Shown here one piece after another: positions 1-11,701 of a stretch of 64,000 nucleotides of DNA. The translations under genes were made by a program, and so were the position numbers. Source of the stretch: Scenedesmus sp. PABB004 (lineage: Eukaryota); NCBI GenBank assembly GCA_014905635.1, contig JABVCE010000022.1, forward strand, positions 62,001 through 126,000, read 5' to 3'. The notes below the pieces were generated by a model. It made no database searches. It was not told where the DNA came from and saw only the letters and a list, made by a program, of their open reading frames with translations. Position 1 is the stretch's first letter; each line of letters begins with the position of its first letter.

Positions 1-850
1 ACACCTACGCCAAGCTCAAGAAGGACGGCAAGGACTTTGAGGCGCGGCCGCGGCGCCGTGCGCGACCACAAAAACACGCCCAGCCGCGCGCGGCCGCTGG
101 CTGGCTCACGCGCACCGCCGCCGCCGCGCCCCGCCGGCAGGTCGTCTTTGTGAGCATGGACCGCAACCAGGAGCAGTTTGACGTGAGCGGCACCGCGTCC
201 CAGCGCCCGCGCCGCGCCGCGCCCGCGCCCAAGCCGCGCCTGCGCCCACGCCGCGCCGCGCCGCGCCGCCCGCCCGGCCACGTCTGCCCGCGTGACCCTC
301 TGCCTTTGCAGGACTACTTCAGCTCGATGCCCTGGCTCGCGGTGCCGTTCCAGGACGACCAGCTGCGCAGCGTGCTCACGCGCAAGTTCAACGTGCGCCG
401 CGCCGCGCCGCGCCGCGCCGCGCCCGCCAGCGGGGCCGGCGCCGCCGCCGGGGGGGGGGGGGGGGCGCCGCGCCGCGCCGACGCCCGCCCGCCCGGCGCG
501 CGGCGCGGCGCGGGGCGGGCTGCCGCGCAGGTGCAGGGCATCCCGCAGCTGGTCATGCTGGCGCCGGACAGCACGGTGCTGTCGGCCAACGCGCGCGGCG
601 CCGTCGCCATCGACCCCAGCGGCGAGAAGTTCCCGTGGGCCGGCGCGACCGAACCCAAGTGGGCGCCGGCCGCAGCGCAGCTGGCGCGCCCGCGCCCTGC
701 GCCCCGCGCGGCCCGCGCCTGCGCCACCGGCACGCGGGCGCTCACGGCAGCGCGCCGCGCAGGGCCTTCCCCATGCCCTGGCTGCTGCTGGTGTTCCTGG
801 TGTTCTGGCTGGTCAACACCTTCCTCTTCCCGCCCAGCAAGAAGGGCTGA
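1..850 (+). CDS. Nucleoredoxin/tryparedoxin-like thioredoxin-fold protein with C-terminal hydrophobic tail (5' part outside window; 5 exons visible)
   Basis: Spliced reading TYAKLKKDGKDFE|VVFVSMDRNQEQFD|DYFSSMPWLAVPFQDDQLRSVLTRKFN|VQGIPQLVMLAPD...FPW matches the nucleoredoxin pattern (FEVVFVS.D, MPWLA.PF, V.GIP.LV). The last exon PWLLLVFLVFWLVNTFLFPPSKKG ends at TGA 850. Confidence 0.85.
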
Positions 851-1361
851 CGATGACTGAGCAGCCAGCTGGCGCGCACGGTGTGCGGTCGAGCCGCCGC
901 GGGCGTGCGGGGTGTCGCGCGCGTGCAACGCTGCTTCGAATCCGGTCACCAGCGGGCACGGCGGCCCCGCCGCCCGAGCGCTCTCACACGCAGACTCGGC
1001 GCGCGCGCTCTCGCAGCGCAAGCTCTCCTCCCTCCCTCCTCCCCCCTCTCCCCCTCCTCTGCGCGAGCCTCGGGCCCTCGCAACACGCCAATGGGCCTGC
1101 GCGCGGGCATGCGCCGGCGCGGGCGGCCTGCGGGATGGACGGGCGGCGCGCCGCGCGCCGCCGCCAACGCGTCCCGACTGCTACACCTTCACAGGGCGCG
1201 CGGTGGGGTGCGGCGCGCGCAATGCACAGGGACGATTGCAAGGCGATATAGATGGACGACTGCATCGCATGGCATCATAGTACAGACAGAGCGCGCGCGG
1301 TGCCTGCGAGGCGGGCCAAAACAGCCGCTGGCGGCGGCGGCGCGCGCGGCCAGGCCCGTCG

Positions 1362-2642
1362 TCAGCCCCAGTGCGCCTGGATGCGCTCCTGCAGGCGCGC
1401 CTTGTCCTGCTCGTTCAGCCCCGCCCACGCGTCCTGGGGGAGGTGGTCAAACGCCTCAAAGGGGCGGTCGTCGAGCACGTCAAACGTCGCGCCGCGGATG
1501 GCATCGCGCTTGGGGCCGCACGGCCGGATCGACGTGAGCGCGCCATACGCGCCGTCGAGGGAGAGGTGGGGGCCGTACCAGTACAGCCACGCGATGCACA
1601 CCGCGGGCGCGCGGCCGAGCCCGGCGGTGCAGTGCACGTACACGCTGCGCGGCGCGCGAGGGCGCACGGGCGCGCGGGCGTTGGCGTCGGCGCGGCGGCG
1701 CGCCACGCCGCGCGCGCTGCCGCCGGGAGCCGCGCGCCGGGAGCCGCGCGGCGGGCGCAGCGCTGCCGCCAGCGGCGCGCACCGCTTGCCCTCGCGCAGC
1801 CGCGCCGCGACCTCTTTGACCGCGCCCGGCAGCATCTTGCGCAGGCTGTGGGGGTCAAAGTCGACCGCCTGCGCGCGGTGGGGCGGCGCGGCGCGGGGCA
1901 GGCGCTGTGTCGCCGCCAGCCTGCCGCCGCGCCCAGGCGCTGCCGCCGCGCCCGGGCGCTGGTGGGTGCGAGCGCCCGCGCGCGGCCGCGGCCGCGGCCG
2001 GCGCCGCGCACCGGGTGGCGCACGAGCTCGAGCCCCAGCTCCCGCATCGCGGCGCAGTTGGCGCCCCAGTCGATGCCCCAGTACTCCATGTCCTTGTCCT
2101 GCTGCAGGTTGACGATCACGTCCACGCGGTGCGCGCCCGCGAGCTGGCGCAGCTCGTCGGGGTTGCGCGGCTGCGTGCCGCAGAAGAGCCGCGGCGCGAC
2201 CTCGTGGAAGTAGAGCCCCCGGTCAAAGTGGTACTCAAACGGGCTCGACCAGCCCATCTGGCGCGCCATCTGGGAGTTGTACGCGTCGTCCAGCGCGGCT
2301 GCGCGCGCCGGCGGCGCGGCGGCAGCACGCGGCGGCGTCGGCGCAGCGGCGGCAGCACGCGGCGGCGGCGCCGGCGCCGGCGCCGGCGTCGGCCGCGGGC
2401 GCGCCCGGCGCCTGGCGCGGGGTTTGGGCCCGCCGGGACGCGCCGCGGCGGAGCTGGCGGCGGCCCGCGCGGCGCGGCGCGGCCGCGACGAGCGCCGCAC
2501 CGTGCTCCGCCGGCGCGCCGCCGCCCGCCTGCGCGACCTGCTGCGCCGCGGTCGCGCGCACGGCGAGGCATCGAGGCTGCGATCCCCGGGCCGGCGCGGG
2601 GCCGCTGCGCGGCCCGCAGCGCGCGCGGCAGAGGGCCTGCAT
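1362..2642 (-). CDS. LSF2: Phosphoglucan phosphatase LSF2-like (dual-specificity phosphatase, starch metabolism), with probable plastid transit peptide
   Basis: Motifs PFEYHFDRGL, NLQQDKDMEYWGID, DFDPHSLR, catalytic VYVHCTAGLGRAP, RPCGPKRDAIRGATFD and LQERIQ follow the plant LSF2 layout. ATG at 2642, GT-AG introns, TGA at 1362. Confidence 0.88.
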
Positions 2643-2942
2643 TCTCTCTGCCCGCCCTCTCCGCGCGGCAGCGGCGCGTTGGCTGCCCGTGCGGCGCGTG
2701 TTCGGCGGTCGTGACCGGGCGGACGCCGAATCGCATTGGGTGCTGCGAACGCGCGGAGCCGGATGACGACTGCTCGAGCTCGCAGGGCGCAGGGCCCAGA
2801 ATAGACGCGCTGCGGCCGACACGCTCCCGCCTCCTTCATCTTCAGCCAGCGCGAGATCGCACCCGCCGGGCCCGCGCCGCCGCTGCCCGCCGCCGCCGCG
2901 GAGCGCCAAAAGCAGCGCCGCCCGCCCGCCGCAACCGCCGCG

Positions 2943-4881
2943 ATGGCGGCGGAGCTGCTGCTGGCCGACCTTGCGGGCAAGCAGCCGGTGGGGGCGCACC
3001 TCCAGGAGTGGCTGGACGGCGCGCGGCAGCTGCTCGCCGCGGGCGAGGCCGTGCGCGCGCGGCTCGCGCTCGACACGGTGCTGCAGGCGGCGGAGCACTG
3101 CCTGGAGGCGCACGTGCTGCTGGTGCACACCCACCTCGCGCTGGGGCCGTCCCACTGGCAGCGCGCGCTCGCGGCCGCGCGGTGAGCCGGGGGCGCAGGC
3201 GCGGCGGCGCCGCTGCAGTGCCGCCCGCCGCTGCAGCGCCACGCGCGGCCGGCGGCGCGGCCGGCGGCGCCCGACCGCCCGCGCACGCGCTCGCGCGCCG
3301 TTGCCGCTGCCGCGGCAGGGACGGCGTGGCGACCTGCTGCGCGCTGGCGGACGTCTCGGCCGAGGACCGCGCGGCGTGCCACCTCGCGCTCGGCCTCGCG
3401 CTGGGCAGCGTCGCGCGGCTGACCGCCATGCCGCAGGCCGACCGCTCGCGCGACAGGTGTGCGCACGCGCCCGCGCTCACGCCGCAGCGCCGGCGGCGGC
3501 GGCGGCGGCCGACGCGCGGCGGGCGCGCCCGCCCGCCCGGCCTGCGCGCAGGTCGGAGGCGCGAGCGGTGCTCGCGGCGGCGGCAGCGGAGGACGGCGCG
3601 CACCGCGTGGCGAGCCTGTACGCCCTGGCGCTGATCGATGCAGAGGGGGGACACTACGACACCGCGGTGCGCCACGCGCAGCACGCGCTCGAGGCGGCCG
3701 AGGCTGGCGGCGCGGGCGGCGGCGCGCCGCTGGCGCCGCCCGCGGCGCCCATCGTGGCCCTGCTGGCGCTGCTGCTCTCGGCGAGGTGCGGCGGCGGCGG
3801 GCGGCGGGCGGGCGCGCGGGCCGCGCAGGCTGCGCAGCCGCAGGCGGCCGGCTGGCGAGGCACCGCCGACACACCAGCGCCGCGCCGCCACGCGCAGGCA
3901 GCAGCCCCAGGCCGCGCTCACAGTCGTGGAGGCGGGCCTGGCGAGCGTGGGTGGCGCCGACCGCTGCGACGCGCCCGCCCCCGCCGCCGGCGCCGGCGCG
4001 TCGCTCGCGGGGCTGCGCCTGCCGTGGTGCTACGACGTGCTGCTGTGCCGCGTGCGCGCCGCGCTGCTGCTGGCGCTCGCGGACGCCAACGGCGCGCTCG
4101 GGGTGCTTGGCGCCGCGAAGCAGCGCCTCTCGCTCGCGCGCCGCGCGCTCGAGGCGCGCGGCCCCGACGCGGGCGCCGCGGCGGGCGTGCTGCGGCAGCA
4201 GGAGGCGCAGGTGTGGCGCGACCTCGCGCTCGCGTACGTCGGCCAGCGCCAGCCCGCCGACGCGCAGCTCTGCGTCGAGGCGGCGGCCGCGCTCGAGCCG
4301 CACAGCGCGGCGACGTACCACGCCGCCGGCTGCGTCGCGGCGGCGCGCAAGGACGCGGTCGCCGCCAAGGCTGCGTACAAGGCCGCGCTCGCCGTCGACG
4401 CGGCGCACCCGCCCGCGCTGCTCAGCCTGGGTGCGCGCACCGCGCCGCGTCGCGCCGCGGCCCACCGGCGCCCGCGTTGGCCGGGACCGCCCCCCGACCC
4501 CGCGCCGCGGCGCCGCAGGCGCGCTGCTGCGGCGGCAGGGCGACCCGCATGACCTGTCGGTGGCCGCGAGCCTGCTGACCGACGCGCTGCGCTACGAGCC
4601 GCTCAACCACGTGGCCTGGTTCAACCTGGGGCTCGCCCGCAACCTGCAGGCGCGCGAACGCCGCTGCCGCTGCCGCGCCGGGCGCGCGCGCGAGCGCCGC
4701 TGCCGCTGCCGCGCCGGGCGCGCGCGCGAGCGCCGCCGCCCACGCGCCGGTCGCCGCTGCGCGCGCGCGTGCTTTGCCGCAGGGCCACACCGCGGAGGGC
4801 GAGCGGCACCTGTTCACCGCGGTCACGCTCGCCGCGGCGGCGCCGGTGCTGGCGTACAGCGAGCTGCCGCTCAGCATCTGA
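2943..4881 (+). CDS. TPR-repeat protein, TTC7/NPG1-like
   Basis: Several TPR-like helical exons. The C-terminus LTDALRYEPLNHVAWFNLG...|GHTAEGERHLFTAVTLAAAAPVLAYSELPLSI* resembles the TTC7/NPG C-terminal TPRs. About 5 introns. Confidence 0.65.
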
Positions 4882-4923
4882 CGCGTCGCGGCGCCGCGGG
4901 GCGGCGGCGGCCGCACGGCGGGC

Positions 4924-5417
4924 TCAGTTGCTCTTGCAGGGCGGCGTCGCCGCCGCGAGCGCGCCCGACATGAAGGCAACAAACTCCTCCTGCCCCAGCG
5001 GCGCGGCGCTGCCGGCCGCCGCCGCCGCGCGGGCGGGCAGCCGGTTGGCGCCGAGCACCGTGCGCAGCGCCGCGACGGCCTGCTGCTCGCTGACCGCGCC
5101 GCGCTTGGTGACGTCAAACATGCCAAACACTGCGGCGGCGCGCGGGAAGGCCCTCAGCCGGTGCGGGAGGCGTGCGGGGCGGCGCGGGATGACGCACTCG
5201 TCTGCAGGTCGCCGTCCTCGAGCAGCGGCCGTGTCCCCGCGACCTTGGCCTTCTCGAGGGCCGCCACGATCGCCGCGCGCGGGTCGGGCGGCTTGTGGAA
5301 GACCAGGTCCGCCAGCAGTCCCTCCAGCAGCGCAGGGATGGCGTGCCGGTCGAGGTAGGCCTGCGTTGCGAGCCGCGGGTCGCCGGCGCCGCCGCCGCCC
5401 GGCTGCTGCTGCGCCAT
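4924..5417 (-). CDS. RIIa/Dpy-30-like dimerisation domain plus EF-hand protein, EFCAB10-like
   Basis: Exon 1 reads QAYLDRHAIPALLEGLLADLVFHKPPDPRA. One GT-AG intron joins LQT|MFGMFDVTKRGAVSEQQAVAALRTV (EF-hand-like). TGA at 4924. Confidence 0.75.
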
Positions 5418-5803
5418 CGCCGCTGCGCGCGCGCACGAGTGTCTCTGCGCGTGCGATGACGCTTCAGGAGCGTGTTCGGCGTGCCGGCGGGGCTCGAGCA
5501 CGGCGGAGGCGGCCGGCGGCGCGGGGTCAAGGTGTGGGCAGCAACGCGGGCGGTCAACGCTCTGACAGGCGCATGGGCGGCGGGCGAGGAGCCGCGCGCC
5601 GGTGGGGAGCGAGCGAGCGGCGCCTGGCCCCGCGCCACCGCCTGGCCACGCGCCGTGAGCGCTCGTCGGATCGGCGCCGCTCCGACGAGCGCAGCGCGGG
5701 TGCGGCCGTGCGGCCGTGACGGGCGCTGGGTGCTTCGATGCGCCGCGAGCGCCCGCGCCGCCCGCCGCTCAGCGCGCGGCGCTGTCCAGGCGCGCCCGGC
5801 CGC

Positions 5804-5963
5804 CGCCCTCGCCGCCGCCCTCGCCCTCGCCCTCGCCCTCGCCGCCGCCCTCGCCCTCGCCCTCGCCCTCGCCGCCGCCCTCGCCCTCGCCCTCGCCCTC
5901 GCCCTCGCCCTCGCCCTCGCCCTCGCCCTCGCCCTCGCCCTCGCCCTCGCCCTCGCCCTCGCC
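5804..5963. repeat. (CCCTCG)n hexamer microsatellite encoding a Gly-Glu run on the minus strand
   Basis: Directly visible run of about 25 hexamers with a few CCGCCG interruptions. Confidence 0.95.
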
Positions 5964-6197
5964 GCGCTCGCTCGCCGCCGCCGCGGCGAGCGCGGCCACG
6001 TACGCGTGCTGCAGCCAGAGCACCAGTGACCAAAACCCCAGCATCAGGGTCCAACACTCCACCTGCTCGCTCAGCAGCGCCGCTGCCGCCGCGGCCTGCT
6101 CGCTCAGCTGGGCGGCGCGCTCCGCGCGGTTGCGGCGGCGCCTTGCCGCAGCGGCAGCTCCCGCGGCCCGCCTCTGCTCTGCGATCGAACGCGTAAC

Positions 6198-6485
6198 CAG
6201 GTGCGCCGGCAGCGGCTCGCCCGGGTGCTGCGGGCGCGCGGCGCGCGGCGCGGCGCGGCAGGGCTCGGCGCCGACCGCCGGCGGCAGCGGCGTGGCCGCC
6301 GCGCGCGCGCGCAGGGCGCAGCTCACGCTGGCGGCGTAGGCATCGGCCAGCTTGGGCTTGAGGACGCAGTACCACCGCAGGGACACGGCCTCCACGGTCC
6401 TGTCGCGGCGGCGAGGGTGAGGCGGCAGGGTCGAGGGCAGCGTGTTGACAGCAGCCGCGGGCGCAAGAAGCTGCGGGGCGCGAGC

Positions 6486-6517
<32 letters not shown>

Positions 6518-7043
6518 CACCTGTCGGCCAGGCCGGGCGGCAGGCCCCTGCGCGCGAGCGCGGCCGGGCTCATGGACGAGCCAGCGCCGTACTGCTGCTC
6601 CGCCAGGCCCTCGACCTCGGCGTCGTCCTGCGGGCGCGGCCGGCGGGCATGCGCGGTGACGGCAGCGGTGTCGGCGGCACGCCGCTGCGGCGGCGGGGTG
6701 CGCAGCCGCAGCGGCGGCGGCGCGCCCACCTCCTCCGTCCAGGGGGCGTTGCTGCGGTCCTCCAGGTGCGGCGGCAGCGGCTCGCCCGGGTGCTGCGGGC
6801 GCGCGGCGCGCGGCGCGGCGCGGCAGGGCTCGGCGCCGACCGCCCGCGGCAGCGGCGTGGCCGCCGCGCGCGCGCGCAGGGCGCAGCTCACGCTGGCGGC
6901 GTAGGCATCGGCCAGCTTGGGCTTGAGGACGCAGTACCAGCGTGAGGACACAGCCGCCTCGGTCCTGTCGCGGCGGCGAGGGTGAGGCGGCAGGGCAGCG
7001 TGTTGACAGCAGCCGCGGGCGCAAGAAGCTGCGGGGCGCGAGC

Positions 7044-7078
<35 letters not shown>

Positions 7079-7603
7079 CACCTGTCGGCCAGGCCGGGCG
7101 GCAGGCCCCTGCGCGCGAGCGCGGCCGGGCTCATGGACGAGCCGGTGCCGTACTGCTGCTCCGCCAGGCCCTCGACCTCGGCGTCGTCCTGCGGGCGCGG
7201 CCGGCGGGCATGCGCGGTGACGGCAGCGGTGTCGGCGGCACGCCGCTGCGGCGGCGGGCTGCGCAGCCGCAGCGGCGGCGGCGCGCCCACCTCCTCCGTC
7301 CAGGGGGCGTTGCTGCGGTCCTCCAGGTGCGGCGGCAGCGGCTCGCCCGGGTGCTGCGGGCGCGCGGCGCGCGGCGCGGCGCGGCAGGGCTCGGCGCCGA
7401 CCGCCGCGGCAGCGGCGTGGCCGCCGCGCGCGCGCGCAGGGTGCAGCTCACGCTGGCGGCGTAGGTATCGGCCAGCTTGGGCTTGAGGACGCAGTACCAC
7501 CGCAGGGACACAGCCGCCTCGGTCCTGTCGCGGCGGCGAGGGTGAGGCGGCAGGGCAGCGTGTTGACAGCAGCCGCGGGCGCAAGAAGCTGCGGGGCGCG
7601 AGC

Positions 7604-7635
<32 letters not shown>

Positions 7636-8272
7636 CACCTGTCGGCCAGGCCGGGCGGCAGGCCCCTGCGCGCGAGCGCGGCCGGGCTCATGGACGAGCC
7701 AGCGCCGTACTGCTGCTCCGCCAGGCCCTCGACCTCGGCGTCGTCCTGCGGGCGCGGCCGGCGGGCATGCGCGGTGACGGCAGCGGTGTCGGCGGCACGC
7801 CGCTGCGGCGGCGGGGTGCGCAGCCGCAGCGGCGGCGGCGCGCCCACCTCCTCCGTCCAGGGGGTGTTGCTGCGGTCCTCCAGGTGCGGCGGCAGCGGCT
7901 CGCCCGGGTGCTGCGGGCGCGCGGCGCGCGGCGCGGCGCGGCAGGGCTCGGCGCCGACCGCCCGCGGCAGCGGCGTGGCCGCCGCGCGCGCGCGCAGGGC
8001 GCAGCTCACGCTGGCGGCGTAGGTATCGGCCAGCTTGGGCTTGAGGACGCAGTACCACCGCAGGGACACAGCCGCCTCGGTCCTGTCGCGGCGGCGAGGG
8101 TGAGGCGGCAGGGTCGAGGGCAGCGTGTTGACAGCAGCCGCGGGCGCAAGAAGCTGCGGGGCGGGGCGCGAGCGCGGCGGCGGCGGCGGCGGCGCCCACC
8201 TGTCGGCCAGGCCGAGCGGCAGGCCCCTGCGCGCGAGCGCGGCCGGGCTCATGGACGAGCCGGCGCCGTACT
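6198..8272. repeat. Tandem array of a ~560-bp unit, about 3.7 copies, each with 3 exons and 3 introns
   Basis: Near-identical units begin at about 6198, 6762, 7323 and 7881. Length differences fall in (GGC)n runs and other predicted intron sequence. Confidence 0.95.
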
Positions 8273-10476
8273 GGCTCTCCGCCAGGTCCGCCACCAGGTC
8301 TTCCTCGTCCTGGTCCCAGCGAGCGTCGACACCCAGCTTGGGGAACGCCGCGCTGAACGTGGCCTCCAGCTCGCGGCGCTGCTGGGCGTCTGTGCGCGGA
8401 CGGCGACGAGAGCGCAGCGGGCTCAGCGGCGACGACGGGGCGGTGCCGCCCGACCCGCCCCGCAGCGCGCAGCACGCTGCGCGCAGCCCCGCGGCCCGGT
8501 GCTCACTCTCGGCCGTGAGTGGCATGAGCAGCTCCGTGGCGGCGCGCACGGCCTCGGGTCCGATGCTGGCCAGGTCGAACAGGCTCCCCAGGCCGGGCAG
8601 GTAGCTGGCCACGCTCGCGCTGCTCAGCAGCAGCGGGGGCAGGCCGCTGGCGAGGCGCAAGTCCACGCGCGTGGGCGCGCAGAGCGCGACGTAGCCGCGG
8701 CGGGCCGCGGGCATGTCCTGCCACAGGCCGACCGGCGCGCGCTGCGGGCGGATGCGGGTGAGGTAGGCCTTCAGCCCGTTGGTGTCCTCCGCGCAGAGCG
8801 CGGCCAGCTGGACACCAGCGGGAGGGCAGGGGCGCGGCCACGGCGGCGTCGGCGCTGCGGCGGCCGTACGCGCGGGCAGCACGCGCGTGCGCAGCGCGCC
8901 GCCGCCGCGGCTGGCACGGCCCCCGCCCCACCGCCCCACGCACCAGGCCCGCGGGGCCGCCCTTCTGCCCGCTCAGCCACTCGCCCACGCTGCACCAGTG
9001 GCTCCGCAGCCACGCGCCCGTGCCGGCCCAGATCGCGACAGCGCCGCGGCCTGGTGCGAAGGGAGAGAGATGTTGACGCCAGGGGGGGGGGGCTGCAGCG
9101 GGGCAGCAGCGCTGTAGCGGCGCCCGCGCGGCGCGCGCAGCAGCGCCCCCCGCCGCACCGCGCCAGGGGCAGTAGTCGCCGGGCGAGGTGATCGCGGTCA
9201 CCGCCCAGAACGCGGCGACCTGCATCGCGTTGACCGGGTCGGTCGCGAGGCGCTGCAGGGTCATCACCTCGCCGAGCTGCATGTTGACGAAGCACGCCGG
9301 CGACAGCAGCATCGACTTAAAGTCGTACCGCTGCAGCGGCGACTTGGCGCCGTCCCTGGCGGCAGACGGCGCGGCGCGGCGCGACGCGTGTGGGCGCGCG
9401 GCGCAGCGCCCAGCGCGCGCAGCCGCCAGCAGCGGCGCAGCGTGGCCGCGCGTGCTGCCGCGCGCCGCGGCGACGCACTTGGACCTGGGGTCGAGGCGCA
9501 CGACGACCGTGGCTGTCGTGAACACCTGCTCCGCCGCCGCCGCTGCCTCCATCTCGAGCGCGACCACCTGCGCCTCCGTGGCCGCCGGCAGCTGCGCCTG
9601 CAGCTGCGCGAGCGCCTGCCGCGCGGCAGCCAGGCGCCCGATCGGCTCCATGCACTGGGACCAGCGCGGGCAGTTGATGCTGCCCCGCCTGGACTCGGCC
9701 AGGGCAACGCCCAGGGCAACGCCCGCGTCGCGCACCGCTGACAGCGCTGCTGCCAGCTGCTCCGCAGCCGCGAGCACCGCGGCCTTTCCCTGCTCGAACT
9801 CCAGCGCGATCTTGAGCACGCGGAGCGTGAGGTCCTGCGTGAGCGTGATGAGCACATCGCCATCCTGCTCGACGAGCAGGCGCCGCCGCTGCCCGTCCTC
9901 GATGATGCTGCGCAGCGAGCGCCGCGGAGCGCCGGGCCGTCAGAGGGGGCCGGGCCGTCAGAGGGGGGCGGGTATCGTGACGGGCGGTCCGGGGGGAGGA
10001 GGCGAAAGGGTGCCCCGCGGCCGGCGGTGCAGCGCGGCCGCGCAGGCGCCTGCGCCGCACGCCGCGGCGGCGGCCGCTCACCAGCGGAGCACGAACTCCC
10101 AGTCGCCCTCGCCACCGTCGGCCACGGTGACGCTGATGGGGAAGGGCTCGGCGCCGTCCTCGAACACCTCGCGCAGCATGCCCGGGCGGTCCTCGCGGTC
10201 CTTGCGCGCATCGCCGCGCACGCGGCAGGAGGCGACGTTGGCCGCGGCCTCAGAGCGGGCCGCCCAGGGTTGCTTGTAGAAGGGCAGGAACGACTCCTGG
10301 GCCAGCTGGACGCGCGCGGCAGGGCGGAGGGCGAGCGTGAGGCGGGGGGCGCGCGTGCCGCGCGCGACGCGCGGCGGCGCGCGCAGCGGCGACGCGCCCG
10401 CCCGCCGGCGCACCTCAAACTTCATCTGCGACGGGCAGGCGCTGCGCAGGAAGCGCAGGAAGCGCTCCAGCTTGCC

Positions 10477-10753
10477 TCGGGCTGATGATGTCAGCGCGGC
10501 GGTCAGCGTCAGCAGCGTCTCTGCTGGTGCGGCGGCCCCTCGGGCTGCCGTTACCGGCGCGGCGAGTCGGTGTGCAGCACTGGAGCAGGCTCGGCGTCAT
10601 CTGCTTGATGACCTGCTGCAGGATCAGCTTGCTGTTCACTTTGTGGCAGATTATGTGATGGACATCTGGAAGATGCGGGACACCGTCCTTAAGGGGCGCG
10701 GGACCAATGGGCGCGAGCCTGTGGTGTAACTATCTTTATCTTTATCTTTATCT
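10477..10753 (+). mobile_element. 5'-truncated non-LTR retrotransposon (LINE-like) 3' end
   Basis: A lower-GC 277-bp block flanked by TTGCC direct repeats (10472-10476 and 10754-10758). Its open frame ends ...FVADYVMDIWKMRDTVLKGRGTNGREPVV* (TAA 10729) and is followed by a (TATCTT)4 tail. Confidence 0.8.
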
Positions 10754-11701
10754 TTGCCGTGGCCGGGCAGCCGGTACGCCAGGTAGGCGTCCGCCAGCAT
10801 CGCCAGCATCGCGTCGTCGCCCCGTCCGACGGCGGCGACGAGCTCGTTCGAGAGATCGCCGTCCGTGATGGCCACCCAGCAAAGGACCTGCCACTGCAGG
10901 GCAGTGAGCGCCATGGCGGCGACGTCTGGCGGCGGGCGCGGCGGAGCGGCGACGCGGCGGCGGGTGCGGCGTCACCCAGGCGCCGCGCCGGGGCGGCCGT
11001 GCTGAGGAGCAGCGTGCAGGGCTCGGGCTGGCCCCCCAGCCCCCGCGGCGGCGACGGCCGCGCCGCGGCGCGGCTTCGAGCGCCGCGCGCAGCAGCGCCG
11101 CGCGCAGCAGCGCCGCGCGCGGCAGGCGGGGCTCACAGACGCCGCTGGCACGCGGCGGCCGAACACTCGTCGGCGAACCGCGCGCGGCAGGCGGGGCTCA
11201 CAGACGGTCAGTAGGTAGGCGGGCCGCCCGGCGGGCGGCCTGCGCGCGGGGCGGGGCGAGGCGCGCGTGTAAGCGACTGCACGCGACGTCATGGCGCAGC
11301 TCGGCGGCCGCGCGGCGTGGCTAAGCCCCCGCGAGCACGCACTTTTGCTGTCGCGCGCGAGCACCCCGCAGGTCGACGCGGGGCTCGCTGGGGAGCCGCG
11401 GGACGGCAGAGGCGTCGCAAAACTGGCCCAGGCAGCGGGCGGAGGCGGCATGAGCGGCGCCGCGCCCGGCTGTAGCGCGCGGCACGCTACCGTCGTCACA
11501 CGGCCCCTGCGGCGGAGCCCCGGGGCCCCGCCGCCGCGGTCGGCAACTCGCACGCACGGCAGAGGCGACGGCCGCCTCCCGCACCGCACGCCAGCTCGCG
11601 ATGTCGGCCGGCCCCTCACCGCTCCGTCGTTTGCAGATCCTCCGCGAACCTTGCCCGCTACCTGTGCGCGGCCGCCGCCGCCGCTGCCAAGAGTCGCTGC
11701 C

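Larger units (their letters stand above)
5769..10914 (-). pseudogene. Large multi-exon gene with unknown N-terminal region, four Myb/SANT-like repeats and a (GE)n tail; exon 1 disrupted by a retroelement insertion
   Basis: Exons with GT-AG borders from ATG 10914. The spliced repeat reads PWTEE|DDAEVEGLAEQQYG...LADR|TEAAVSLRWYCVLKPKL. The insert at 10477-10753 adds an in-frame TAA at 10651; removing it restores PGHG-KLERFLRFL. Confidence 0.6.

Noticed and set aside
6198..8272. Regular repeat array considered as CRISPR-like or satellite DNA
   Set aside because: There are no unique spacers, and the unit is a spliced coding cassette.
11085..11206. Short direct repeats upstream of the Myb-repeat gene (CGCGCGGCAGGCGGGGCTCACAGACG twice)
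   Set aside because: Two copies are consistent with local slippage. No element structure is attached.
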